Assembly: GCA_966211705.1 (NCBI GenBank)
Contig: CBIHOC010000028.1
Span: 13,767-77,766, forward strand
Length of the DNA stretch: 64,000 nucleotides
Reading direction: 5' to 3'
Source: an uncultured Chryseobacterium sp.
GTDB taxonomy: Bacteria > Bacteroidota > Bacteroidia > Palsa-965
A program made the position numbers and the translations under genes. Under the pieces are notes generated by a model. It saw nothing but the letters and a program-made list of their open reading frames with translations. It did no database searches and was not told where the DNA came from. Positions 56,282 through 64,000 of this stretch are shown here, in pieces. Each line of letters begins with the position of its first letter. The stretch's first letter is position 1.

Positions 56282-57853
56282 GTGAAAACGGTGAAGTTGC
56301 TTTGTGTAGTGCTGATGCTGGGGATCGTATGCCAGCTGCATGCGCAAGCCGCGCGGCCTTCCGGCACGCCCGACCCTGAACTTGCCGCCGAGCATTACAA
56401 GCACGGGAACTTCGTGATGGCGCGGCCCATCTATGTCGCCCTCGTTAAAAAAGAACCTTCCAATTACGAATACAATTTCCGCGCAGGCATGTGTTACCTG
56501 GAAACGAACGGGCACAAAACGGAAGCGGTAAACTATTTCGAAGCCTGCACGAAAAACCCCAAAGCGGAAAAAGAGGCATGGCTGTACCTCGGCCAGGCGT
56601 ATCACCATGCATTGCGTTTAGACGACGCGATCAAGGCTTATGAAACATATAAGACAAAAGCCGGGAAAGACGGAATTGCGGAAGCGGATTATCTTATCCA
56701 GCAATGTAAAAACGCGAAGATCCTGGTCAAGAACCCGCTCGATGTTTCGTTCGTCAATATCGGCAAGGAGATCAATTCCGAATTTCCCGATTATTACCCG
56801 TTCGTGACTTCCGACGAGTCGATGATGATCTTCACCACCCGCCGGAAAGGCAACGTGGGCGCGACTTCCGTGGAGATGGACGGTTATTATCCTTCGGATG
56901 TTTATTTCGCAAAATCCGTCAACGGCGTTTTCCAGAAAAGCAAAGGAGCAGGCCCGTCGATCAACGGAAATTATGACGAGCAGTGCACCGGGCTTTCGGC
57001 CGACGGAAAATGGATGACGGTTTACGTGGACAACATCACCACAGCGGGCGACATTTACCAGTCGGCATACAAAACCTCTTTTGCGAGAATGCAAAAGATC
57101 GAAGAGCCGGTCAATGACGGTTTCGAGACGGCAGCGGCATTTTCTCCCGACGGCAACGCGGTTTTTTTCTCGAGCAAGCGCGACGGCGGACAGGGCGGAA
57201 CCGACATCTACATGTGCCGCAGGCTCCCGCCCATCAAAGACGGAAAAACATGGGGACTTCCCATCAACATCACGGTGATCAACACGCCGCTCAACGAAGA
57301 TTTCCCGTTCATGTCGCCCGACGGGGAAACGTTGTACTTCGCATCGCAGGGACACAACAGCATGGGCGGCTACGATCTTTTCGTCACCGTGTTCGACGAG
57401 GAAACAAATACATGGTCAACGCCCCGCAACGTCGGCTATCCCGTCAATTCCCCCTCCGACGACCTCACGATCTGCTTCACCGAGAACAACCGCGTGGCGT
57501 ACGTTTCCAGCGACCGTGAAGGCGGCATGGGCGACCTCGACATCTGGCGCGTGGTGTTCAACGAAGTGCAGGCCTCTTCCTTCACCGTGCTCACCGGCAA
57601 CATCATCACCGCCGACTCCACGATGAACAAAGCCGAGCTCACGATCATGGTCACCAACGTATCAACGAACGAAGATTACGGGAGCTACCGCCCCAACCCG
57701 ACGACCGGCAAATACGTGATGGCTTTGCCTCCCGGCAAATACATCATGTCGCTCGACGCGCCCGGCCACAAGCCTTACCTGGAAACGGTCATCATCTTCG
57801 ACATCGGCCCGCAGGGAGCGATGAGCAAGGACATCATGCTGGTGAAGCAGTGA
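56282..57853 (+). CDS. PorE-like protein, short: TPR + PD40 + CRD, no OmpA_C (paralog 4)
   Basis: GTG start (in-frame stop at 56252-56254). YNFRAGMCYLE. SPDGNAVFFSSKRDGGQGGTDIYM, LYFASQGHNSMGGYDLFV. CRD VLTGNIITAD...MVTNVSTNE. -7 box TATTTTTG at 56211. Confidence 0.6.
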   Translation: MKTVKLLCVVLMLGIVCQLHAQAARPSGTPDPELAAEHYKHGNFVMARPIYVALVKKEPSNYEYNFRAGMCYLETNGHKTEAVNYFEACTKNPKAEKEAWLYLGQAYHHALRLDDAIKAYETYKTKAGKDGIAEADYLIQQCKNAKILVKNPLDVSFVNIGKEINSEFPDYYPFVTSDESMMIFTTRRKGNVGATSVEMDGYYPSDVYFAKSVNGVFQKSKGAGPSINGNYDEQCTGLSADGKWMTVYVDNITTAGDIYQSAYKTSFARMQKIEEPVNDGFETAAAFSPDGNAVFFSSKRDGGQGGTDIYMCRRLPPIKDGKTWGLPINITVINTPLNEDFPFMSPDGETLYFASQGHNSMGGYDLFVTVFDEETNTWSTPRNVGYPVNSPSDDLTICFTENNRVAYVSSDREGGMGDLDIWRVVFNEVQASSFTVLTGNIITADSTMNKAELTIMVTNVSTNEDYGSYRPNPTTGKYVMALPPGKYIMSLDAPGHKPYLETVIIFDIGPQGAMSKDIMLVKQ

Positions 57854-57891
57854 CGCCTACAACCCAGGACGTAAGGGCAGGGGTGGAGGCG

Positions 57892-59148
57892 TCACTGCGA
57901 CCCTCTCTCCACCCAGCTCAATGCCAGGGGCACGATCACAGTAACCGCTTTTTCCATGTCCTGCACCGACACCCATTCCTGGCGCGAATGGAACGCATGC
58001 TCGCCGGCGAAAATGTTCGGGCAGGGCAAACCCAGGAAGGACAAACGCGATCCGTCGGTGCCGCCGCGGATGCTGGAGCGGATGGGCGTCATGCCCGCGC
58101 GCTGTATGGCTTCCAGCGCATAGTCGACGACCTGCGGGTGCTTGTCGAGCACGACTTTCATGTTGCGGTATTGCTCCTTTACGAGCAACGTGTAGGAAGA
58201 TCGCGGAAAATTTTTCATCACCTCCCGCACGGTCGACTCCAGCAGTTCGCGCTTGTGCTTTAACCCTTCTTCGGAAAAATCGCGGAGAATAAAATTGACC
58301 GTGGCCTGCTCGAGCGTGCCGTTCATCGCAGTAGGATGTATGAAACCTTCTTTGCCGGAAGTAGTTTCGGGAGAATGCGTGTCTTTGGGTAAACGGTCGA
58401 GCACCTGGGCAGCGATCTTCAGCGCATTTTCCATTTTATCTTTTGCGAAACCCGGGTGCGTGCTCACGCCGTTGATGACGAGCGTGGCGCCGTCGGCGGA
58501 AAACGTTTCATCCTCGATGTGTCCGGCCGATTCACCGTCCATTGTATAACCGAAATCCGCGCCCAGCTTTTTCATGTCCACCTTGTCCACCCCGCGGCCG
58601 ATCTCTTCGTCGGGCGTGAACAGGATGCGGATCTTGCCGTGCTTCACTTCAGGGTGCGTCATAAAAAAATATGCCGCGTCCATAATTTCCGCCACGCCGG
58701 CTTTGTTGTCCGCGCCCAGCAGCGTTGTGCCGTCGGAGGTGATGATGGTGTTGCCGAATTGATTTTCCAGGTCGTCATGATCCGCCAGCCAGATCACCTG
58801 CGACGTGTCGCCCGGAAGCACGATGTCTTTCCCCTGGTAATCGGTGTGCAGCTGCGGCTTCACGCCCTTCCCGCTGCAGTCGGGCGACGTGTCCATGTGC
58901 GAGCAGAAGCAGATCACGGGAACTTTTTTCTCCGTATTCGCCGGGATCGTCGCGTACACGTAGCCGTGCTCGTCGAGGTGCGCGTCGTTCACGCCCATGG
59001 CCAGCAATTCCGCCACCAGCTCGCGGCCGAGATCTTTCTGCTTTTCGGTGGACGGGCAGGTCGGTGAATTCGGGTCCGATTGCGTGTCGATCTGCACATA
59101 ACGAAGGAAACGTTCGGTGACGGTGTGGTTGATGGAAAGCGGTTTCAT
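57892..59148 (-). CDS. pepT: peptidase T (tripeptide aminopeptidase, M20B)
   Basis: Start MKPLSINHTVTERFLRYVQIDTQSD. CSHMDTSPD, GADNKAG, DPEEIG-like M20 motifs. Confidence 0.9.
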   Translation of the reverse strand: MKPLSINHTVTERFLRYVQIDTQSDPNSPTCPSTEKQKDLGRELVAELLAMGVNDAHLDEHGYVYATIPANTEKKVPVICFCSHMDTSPDCSGKGVKPQLHTDYQGKDIVLPGDTSQVIWLADHDDLENQFGNTIITSDGTTLLGADNKAGVAEIMDAAYFFMTHPEVKHGKIRILFTPDEEIGRGVDKVDMKKLGADFGYTMDGESAGHIEDETFSADGATLVINGVSTHPGFAKDKMENALKIAAQVLDRLPKDTHSPETTSGKEGFIHPTAMNGTLEQATVNFILRDFSEEGLKHKRELLESTVREVMKNFPRSSYTLLVKEQYRNMKVVLDKHPQVVDYALEAIQRAGMTPIRSSIRGGTDGSRLSFLGLPCPNIFAGEHAFHSRQEWVSVQDMEKAVTVIVPLALSWVERGSQ

Positions 59149-59190
59149 AATGAGAGTTGGTTGGGGATGTGAAATTAGGAATTCCCGGTA

Positions 59191-59390
59191 CACGACGGAA
59201 CGCTCAATGCCAAACGAACAACTAACAATGTTCAATGAATTCCTTGTTCATTGAACATTGGGCGTTTGACATTGTTCATTTTTTCTCCGGAAGGAATTTC
59301 CCTGCACAACGGAACGCTCATCCGATAGCTATCGGATGCCAAACGAACAACGAACAATGTTCAAGGATTTTCCTTGTGAGTTAAACATTG
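59191..59390. repeat. two direct copies (about 70 and about 86 bp) of a palindrome-containing element in the pepT/dinB divergent promoter region
   Basis: Copy 1 is 59191-59260 and copy 2 is 59305-59390. Both read CACGACGGAACGCTCA...CCAAACGAACAAC(T/G)AACAATGTTCAA(T/G)GA...TTG...AACATTG. Copy 2 carries an inserted perfect 16-bp palindrome TCCGATAGCTATCGGA. Confidence 0.85.
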
Positions 59391-59453
59391 CTCGTGTAAA
59401 TGCAGTCATTCCTCAGCCGGTCGATTTCCGCGCTGAATGATTAATTTCACAAC

Positions 59454-60002
59454 ATGAGCACAACCGCCGATCTCGAACAGCTTCGTTATCCCATCGGGAA
59501 CTGGAACCGCCCCGAAACATCCGTTCCCGCCGACACTTCCTCCGGCATCGCCGTCATCCGGGAATTCCCGGCCCTGCTCCGCGCTGCCACCGCGCACCTC
59601 ACGGATGAGCAGCTCGACACGCCTTACCGCCCGGGCGGCTGGACAGTGCGGCAGGTGGTGCACCATTGCGCCGACAGCCACATGAACGCGTTCATCCGCT
59701 GCAAACTTGCGCTGACGGAAGACAAGCCGACCGTAAAACCGTATTTCGAAGATCAGTGGGCGGAGCTGAAAGACGGGAAAACCTTGCCCGTGGAAGTTTC
59801 CCTGCGCCTGCTCGAAGCGCTGCACCAACGCTGGGAAGTCCTGCTGACCTCGCTTACCGCCGACCAGCTTCAGCGTTCTTTCATTCACCCCGAACACGGC
59901 ACGGAATTCCGCCTGTTCCAGGTGATCTCGCTCTACGCCTGGCATTCGAAGCATCATCTTGGACACATCCATGGGTTGAAGGAACGAAATGGATGGAAGT
60001 AA
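59454..60002 (+). CDS. DinB/YfiT family metal-dependent hydrolase (putative bacillithiol S-transferase-like)
   Basis: DinB_2 His triad (HHCADSHMNAF...HSKHHLGHI). Confidence 0.7.
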   Translation: MSTTADLEQLRYPIGNWNRPETSVPADTSSGIAVIREFPALLRAATAHLTDEQLDTPYRPGGWTVRQVVHHCADSHMNAFIRCKLALTEDKPTVKPYFEDQWAELKDGKTLPVEVSLRLLEALHQRWEVLLTSLTADQLQRSFIHPEHGTEFRLFQVISLYAWHSKHHLGHIHGLKERNGWK

Positions 60003-60004
60003 CG

Positions 60005-60112
60005 GAGAAGGGACGAAGAAGGGACGCGGGACGTAACGGGATAATGACAACGCCATCCGCATATCCGCCATCCGCATATCCGCACATCTGCACATCTGCA
60101 TATCTGCACATC
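60005..60112. repeat. GGGACG(A/C)AG repeats followed by (CCGCATAT/CTGCACAT)x7 octamer array
   Basis: gagaagggacgaagaagggacgcgggacg..., then ccatccgcatatccgccatccgcatatccgcacatctgcacatctgcatatctgcacatc. Confidence 0.85.
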
Positions 60113-60176
60113 ATTTTCCACATCACTTTTCTTCTTTCCACGGCTTATACGATCGAACACCCGATTCTCGTTACCT

Positions 60177-60824
60177 TTGAAACCTATGCGCCGGTTCGCG
60201 ATCTTAACCCTTTCGATGGCCTTTTTGTACGCCTGCAACGGCGACACGCCCGATGTGGCCCATGATTCCGTGGACAGCGTGCGGGACAGCGCGGACGTGG
60301 TGAAAATCCCGGTGGATACGCTGGATGGCGATACGGCTGCAACGCAGGTAACGGTGAAAACCGATTGTTCGGTGCTGCGCCGGAGAATTCCCTCGGAAAA
60401 TGAAACGGCCAGGATCAACCGCGACCTGGTTGACCTTTCCCATTGCGGGATCGACAGCTTCGATTTCCTTTACGTCGTTCCGAATCTTTTTCCGCGCTGG
60501 CTCGGTTCCAGCCGTGTGCAGGGAAACGACAGCCTGACGTACGGGGATTTTGTGAAGCACGTCAAGGAATTCAAAACCACGGAAGCTTACGCGCAGCTGC
60601 ATGACCGCGTGAACACGCTCGACAGCCTGCGCTCGGTGGCATTCGATCCCGCAAAAATCCATACGATGAAACCTGTGCTGGGCAAGCTCGGCTTCACGCA
60701 GCCCGAATGGGAAATGTTCTCCGGCTTCGCGCGCACCTATCCTGTTCCGGACAAAGGAATTTTTACCTGGGGCGACATGCTCGACGCATTCGAAAAATAC
60801 AGCTCCACCGCACCGGTCAACTGA
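60177..60824 (+). CDS. hypothetical lipoprotein
   Basis: FLYAC lipobox. Confidence 0.5.
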   Translation: MKPMRRFAILTLSMAFLYACNGDTPDVAHDSVDSVRDSADVVKIPVDTLDGDTAATQVTVKTDCSVLRRRIPSENETARINRDLVDLSHCGIDSFDFLYVVPNLFPRWLGSSRVQGNDSLTYGDFVKHVKEFKTTEAYAQLHDRVNTLDSLRSVAFDPAKIHTMKPVLGKLGFTQPEWEMFSGFARTYPVPDKGIFTWGDMLDAFEKYSSTAPVN

Positions 60825-60830
60825 ACGACT

Positions 60831-62099
60831 ATGAACCGCTTTTTACTGCTGCTGCTTTTCCCGCTGATAGCTCTCGGCTGCGGTGGACCAACTCCCGGCA
60901 CGAAGGACAAAGACATCCCGGAATTCGATCCATTCCGTGAAAATGTGCTGGCGATGCGTCGCACCGGGCTGCTGAAAAACGTGCCGGATAAAGCGCTGGA
61001 TTCTCTCCTGAAAATTTACCGGAAAGACACGCTCAATGGCCTGGAGGAATTGCTCGCTGCTTCAGGCGACCTGCTCAATATCCGTGCGGAGCTGAACGGC
61101 CGGCCGGTGGAACAAGTGTACCGGCAGATCTGCGACACGATCGGGATGCGCTGGCCGGATTTGAAATGCGACGAAGTGCAAACTTCATTCCTGCCGGATT
61201 TCCCCGGCGGCAACGATTCCGGCTGGACCTTGCTGCGCGTGCGTTTCGGGGAAACGTGGTACGAGCGGCGGCTGTATTATTTCAAAGACTGGCCGGTCGA
61301 CGAGCTGATGTATTATTTGTTCAACACGCGCATGGCCGATCTCGGCATGAACGAGCGCCTGGCGCTGATCCAGTTTGCCTGCGGCGATTGCCCGAAAACC
61401 GAATCCGATTTTATGGGCAATACGGATACGCGGCGTTTCGGTTTCCTGCGCGTGAACAAAACCCAGCAGGACACGCTGCTCGCCATGCGCCCGCTGCGGA
61501 TCGACCCGGAAGACAATTTTTCCATTTTCACCACGGCGCAGATCAAAACCGCGGTGGAACAATTCGAAGCCACAGGTTTGACCGGGCCGAAGGACAAGGC
61601 CTGGTACAAACAAGCGCGGCAGGATATTTTCCGCAGCTCCATCCACGGCAAGGAACAGTTTTACGACATGCTCGACACGCTGTTCTGCACCGTTTCCTTC
61701 GACACGATCAACCCGTACAACCCGTACGAAGAAATGATCAAGTCGCTGTCGAAAGCTTCGCGCGGCAATTTCAGGCCGGGCACAGTTTCCGACGAAGAGG
61801 TCAACCCGAGCACGCGCACTGTTCGGTTCAGCCTCGGCAGCAAAGTGTACGAACGCGATGCGGAACAACACGGCGGATTGCTTTCACCGGAGATCATCGA
61901 CGACGTGAACAAGGCGCTGGAGGAAGAGAAAGCAGGCGGAGCATTCTACACCGTGCTGAGCCGCGACAAAGTTTGCCTGCTGGTGTACATCGAGGATAAG
62001 AACGTGGAGAAGGCGAAGAACTCGGGATTATTCACGGAATTCACCAAAGGCACGCCGGAGCGGTTGAGGGAATTGTACAGGACGTCGCCGGTGATGTAG
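60831..62099 (+). CDS. hypothetical lipoprotein
   Basis: IALGCGG lipobox. 7 nt after the upstream gene. Confidence 0.5.
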   Translation: MNRFLLLLLFPLIALGCGGPTPGTKDKDIPEFDPFRENVLAMRRTGLLKNVPDKALDSLLKIYRKDTLNGLEELLAASGDLLNIRAELNGRPVEQVYRQICDTIGMRWPDLKCDEVQTSFLPDFPGGNDSGWTLLRVRFGETWYERRLYYFKDWPVDELMYYLFNTRMADLGMNERLALIQFACGDCPKTESDFMGNTDTRRFGFLRVNKTQQDTLLAMRPLRIDPEDNFSIFTTAQIKTAVEQFEATGLTGPKDKAWYKQARQDIFRSSIHGKEQFYDMLDTLFCTVSFDTINPYNPYEEMIKSLSKASRGNFRPGTVSDEEVNPSTRTVRFSLGSKVYERDAEQHGGLLSPEIIDDVNKALEEEKAGGAFYTVLSRDKVCLLVYIEDKNVEKAKNSGLFTEFTKGTPERLRELYRTSPVM

Positions 62100-62110
62100 A
62101 ATATAATCCT

Positions 62111-62503
62111 ATGAACTCCATCCTCTTCATCCTCTACGTCCGCGACCAGCAGGCCGCCCGCGACTTCTACGCAAAAGCATTGAACCTGCAGCCCACGCTC
62201 GACGTGCCGGGCATGACGGAATTCACGTTGCTCAACGGCGCAAAGCTCGGGCTCATGCCGTCGAAAAACATCGCGAAGCTCATCACGCCTCCCCTGCCCG
62301 ATCCCGCGTCAGGAGACGGCATCCCGCGCTGTGAAGTTTATTTTTACGTGAATGATCCCGCGTCTTACATCAAACGCGCATTGGCTGCAGGCGCAAAACC
62401 GGTCAACCCGCTGCAACATCGCGATTGGGGTGATAATGCGGGTTACGTCGCCGACATGGACGGGCACGTTGTGGTCTTCGCTACTGCTTTACCGCGGGAT
62501 TAA
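62111..62503 (+). CDS. VOC family protein
   Basis: Glyoxalase-like fold pattern LYVRDQQAARDFYAKAL. Confidence 0.65.
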   Translation: MNSILFILYVRDQQAARDFYAKALNLQPTLDVPGMTEFTLLNGAKLGLMPSKNIAKLITPPLPDPASGDGIPRCEVYFYVNDPASYIKRALAAGAKPVNPLQHRDWGDNAGYVADMDGHVVVFATALPRD

Positions 62504-62525
62504 TTTCGCGGTAAAGCAGTAGAAT
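62490..62525. terminator. bidirectional hairpin CTGCTTTACCGCG-loop-CGCGGTAAAGCAG
   Basis: Perfect 13-bp stem overlapping both convergent stop codons. Confidence 0.6.
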
Positions 62526-64000
62526 TACTGGCCTTTTACGACTTTACGCGTAAACGTTCCGTCTTCGCTCCTCACCTGTAAGATGTAAACGCCTGTCGCC
62601 ACTGCGCCGAGCTCGGTGAGCGTGTAGTGGTTCTCCGAATTTCCCACCGCAAAAAGCTGCTGGTCGACGAGCTTCCTTCCGCGTGAATCGTACAGCGTGA
62701 TCTGCAGCTCCTGGTCGACGGTCGAATAGAAAGAGAAATAGAGCTCGTTGCCGAACGGCACGGGGGAAATGCTGTACAGCGCATCGGCTGTTGCCGGCAT
62801 TGTTCCGCCGAGCGTGAGGTTTGCGGCGCAGAAATCGGGAATGCCGTAACCCATGAGCGAATCCGGGTTCGAAGCCTGGCTGGCGCTTTGCTCCACGGCC
62901 TGCAGCAGCTGCATGTTGGTGAACGAGGGCTGCGCCTGGATCAGGCAAGCCACCAGCCCGCAAAGCACCGGCGAAGCGAAAGAAGTCCCGTTGCCGGTCT
63001 GGATGCCCATGTTGAACGGATCGCAGACCACCGTGGAAGCGCCCTGCGCGGCGACATTCGGTTTCACGTCGCCGTCGGATGCGGGACCGCGTGAGCTGAA
63101 GCCGGCGAGCACGCCGGCAGGATCAACGGCTGCAATCGCCAGCGCGCTGTCGGCGTCGGCAGGGGCGCCAATGTAGAACCAGGGACTTTGCCCGGAATTT
63201 CCCGCGCTTACGATGACGGCAATTCCTTTGCGCGCCGCAAGGTTGGCGGCCCTGGAGCACGGCGTGGTGTACCCGTTCATGTCGGCATACGTATGGTTCT
63301 GCGCGGGGTCGTCGAATGTCGTGTAGCCGAGCGAGGAGTTGATCGCGTCCGCTCCTGCGCTGTCGGCGAATTCGGCGGCGGAGGCCCAGTAATATTCTTC
63401 CACGAGATATTCCGTGGCCGCTTCTTCGCTGCGGAGGAGCCAGTAGCTCGCATCCGGCGCAGTTCCCACGAGCTGGCCGGGAAGATTTCCGCCCATGCAG
63501 GAAAGCACCATCGTGCCGTGCGTGTTGTCTTCATAAACGGAAGAATCGCCTGCGACGAAATCCCAGGTGCCGAGGATGCGGTTGTTCATGAACAAACTGT
63601 CGAAGCAGGGAAGCGAATCGGCATTGTAAAAGCCGGCATCGATCACCGCGATGTGAACGCCTTCGCCGGTGAATCCCGCATTGTGCAGGCAAACGCCGCC
63701 GAGCATGTCGACCTGGTTGAACGAGGCGCCGTAATTGAGCGTGGAAGAGATCACATTGCCGGAACGGATGCGCGCCTGGCGGACCGGCCCGAAGGTTTCT
63801 GCGTCGAACTTGTTGTCGCTTTCACCAGCGGTCCGCAGTCCCACTCCAGAATAACCGGCCACATACGGCAACGCCGCGATGAGGTTCAGCGCGTTCGTAT
63901 CGGTGGTGAAGATCACGACGCCGTTCAGCCATTTCGATGTTGCGTGAACGGTCACCCCGGTTGCCGCAACACCCGCCACATACGCCGGCGTCACCGGCAG
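62525..64000 (-). CDS. S8 family serine peptidase (subtilase) with T9SS C-terminal sorting domain; 5' end beyond window
   Basis: HIAVIDAGF (Asp), HGTMVLSCMGG (His), GTSFASPVLCGLVA (Ser). CTD ...ISPVPFGNELYFSF...YILQVRSEDG. Frame stays open past 64000, so the listed M at 63994 is a GTG. Confidence 0.8.
   Translation of the reverse strand: MPVTPAYVAGVAATGVTVHATSKWLNGVVIFTTDTNALNLIAALPYVAGYSGVGLRTAGESDNKFDAETFGPVRQARIRSGNVISSTLNYGASFNQVDMLGGVCLHNAGFTGEGVHIAVIDAGFYNADSLPCFDSLFMNNRILGTWDFVAGDSSVYEDNTHGTMVLSCMGGNLPGQLVGTAPDASYWLLRSEEAATEYLVEEYYWASAAEFADSAGADAINSSLGYTTFDDPAQNHTYADMNGYTTPCSRAANLAARKGIAVIVSAGNSGQSPWFYIGAPADADSALAIAAVDPAGVLAGFSSRGPASDGDVKPNVAAQGASTVVCDPFNMGIQTGNGTSFASPVLCGLVACLIQAQPSFTNMQLLQAVEQSASQASNPDSLMGYGIPDFCAANLTLGGTMPATADALYSISPVPFGNELYFSFYSTVDQELQITLYDSRGRKLVDQQLFAVGNSENHYTLTELGAVATGVYILQVRSEDGTFTRKVVKGQ

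Overview
This is a 64 kb window of a high-GC (about 58-60%) Bacteroidota chromosome. The phylum call rests on recurrent TAnnTTTG -7 promoter boxes, T9SS C-terminal sorting domains, SBBP and WG repeat proteins, and synteny such as surE-lpxB and mutL-rhomboid. Gene content is mostly envelope and housekeeping. I call a lipid A/envelope cluster (SpoIID-like, lpxB, surE, LpxH-like hydrolase, glycosyltransferase, DgkA-like lipid kinase, two tandem LpxR-family paralogs). I also call two tRNA-Leu genes plus a tRNA 5' fragment, smpB, an RNase P RNA (rnpB) invisible to the ORF track, mutL, two rhomboids, hbd, ilvE, pcm, 2-oxoacid dehydrogenase E2, pepT, bshA and a DinB/YfiT protein. Secreted and T9SS cargo includes a 982-aa SBBP protein, a frameshifted SBBP/CTD gene and an S8 peptidase running off the window end. 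The most striking coding feature is four tandem paralogs (49.6-57.9 kb) with TPR + PD40 beta-propeller + CarboxypepD_reg + OmpA_C architecture, which matches the T9SS component PorE. Non-coding DNA is unusually rich in structured repeats. These include telomere-like TTAGG-unit palindromes abutting promoters, CA-rich oligomer tandem arrays just upstream of start codons, a dispersed TTGAATCTTTGAA/GTCCCGAGTACTCGGGAC family, a 150-bp nested inverted-repeat element, 92-95-bp direct repeats in divergent promoter regions, and short perfect palindromes (TCCGATA-NN-TATCGGA) inserted into other repeats. Two AT-rich islands encode hypothetical secreted proteins. No CRISPR array, IS element or integrase was seen. 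All coordinates come from hand reading and may be off by a few nt.
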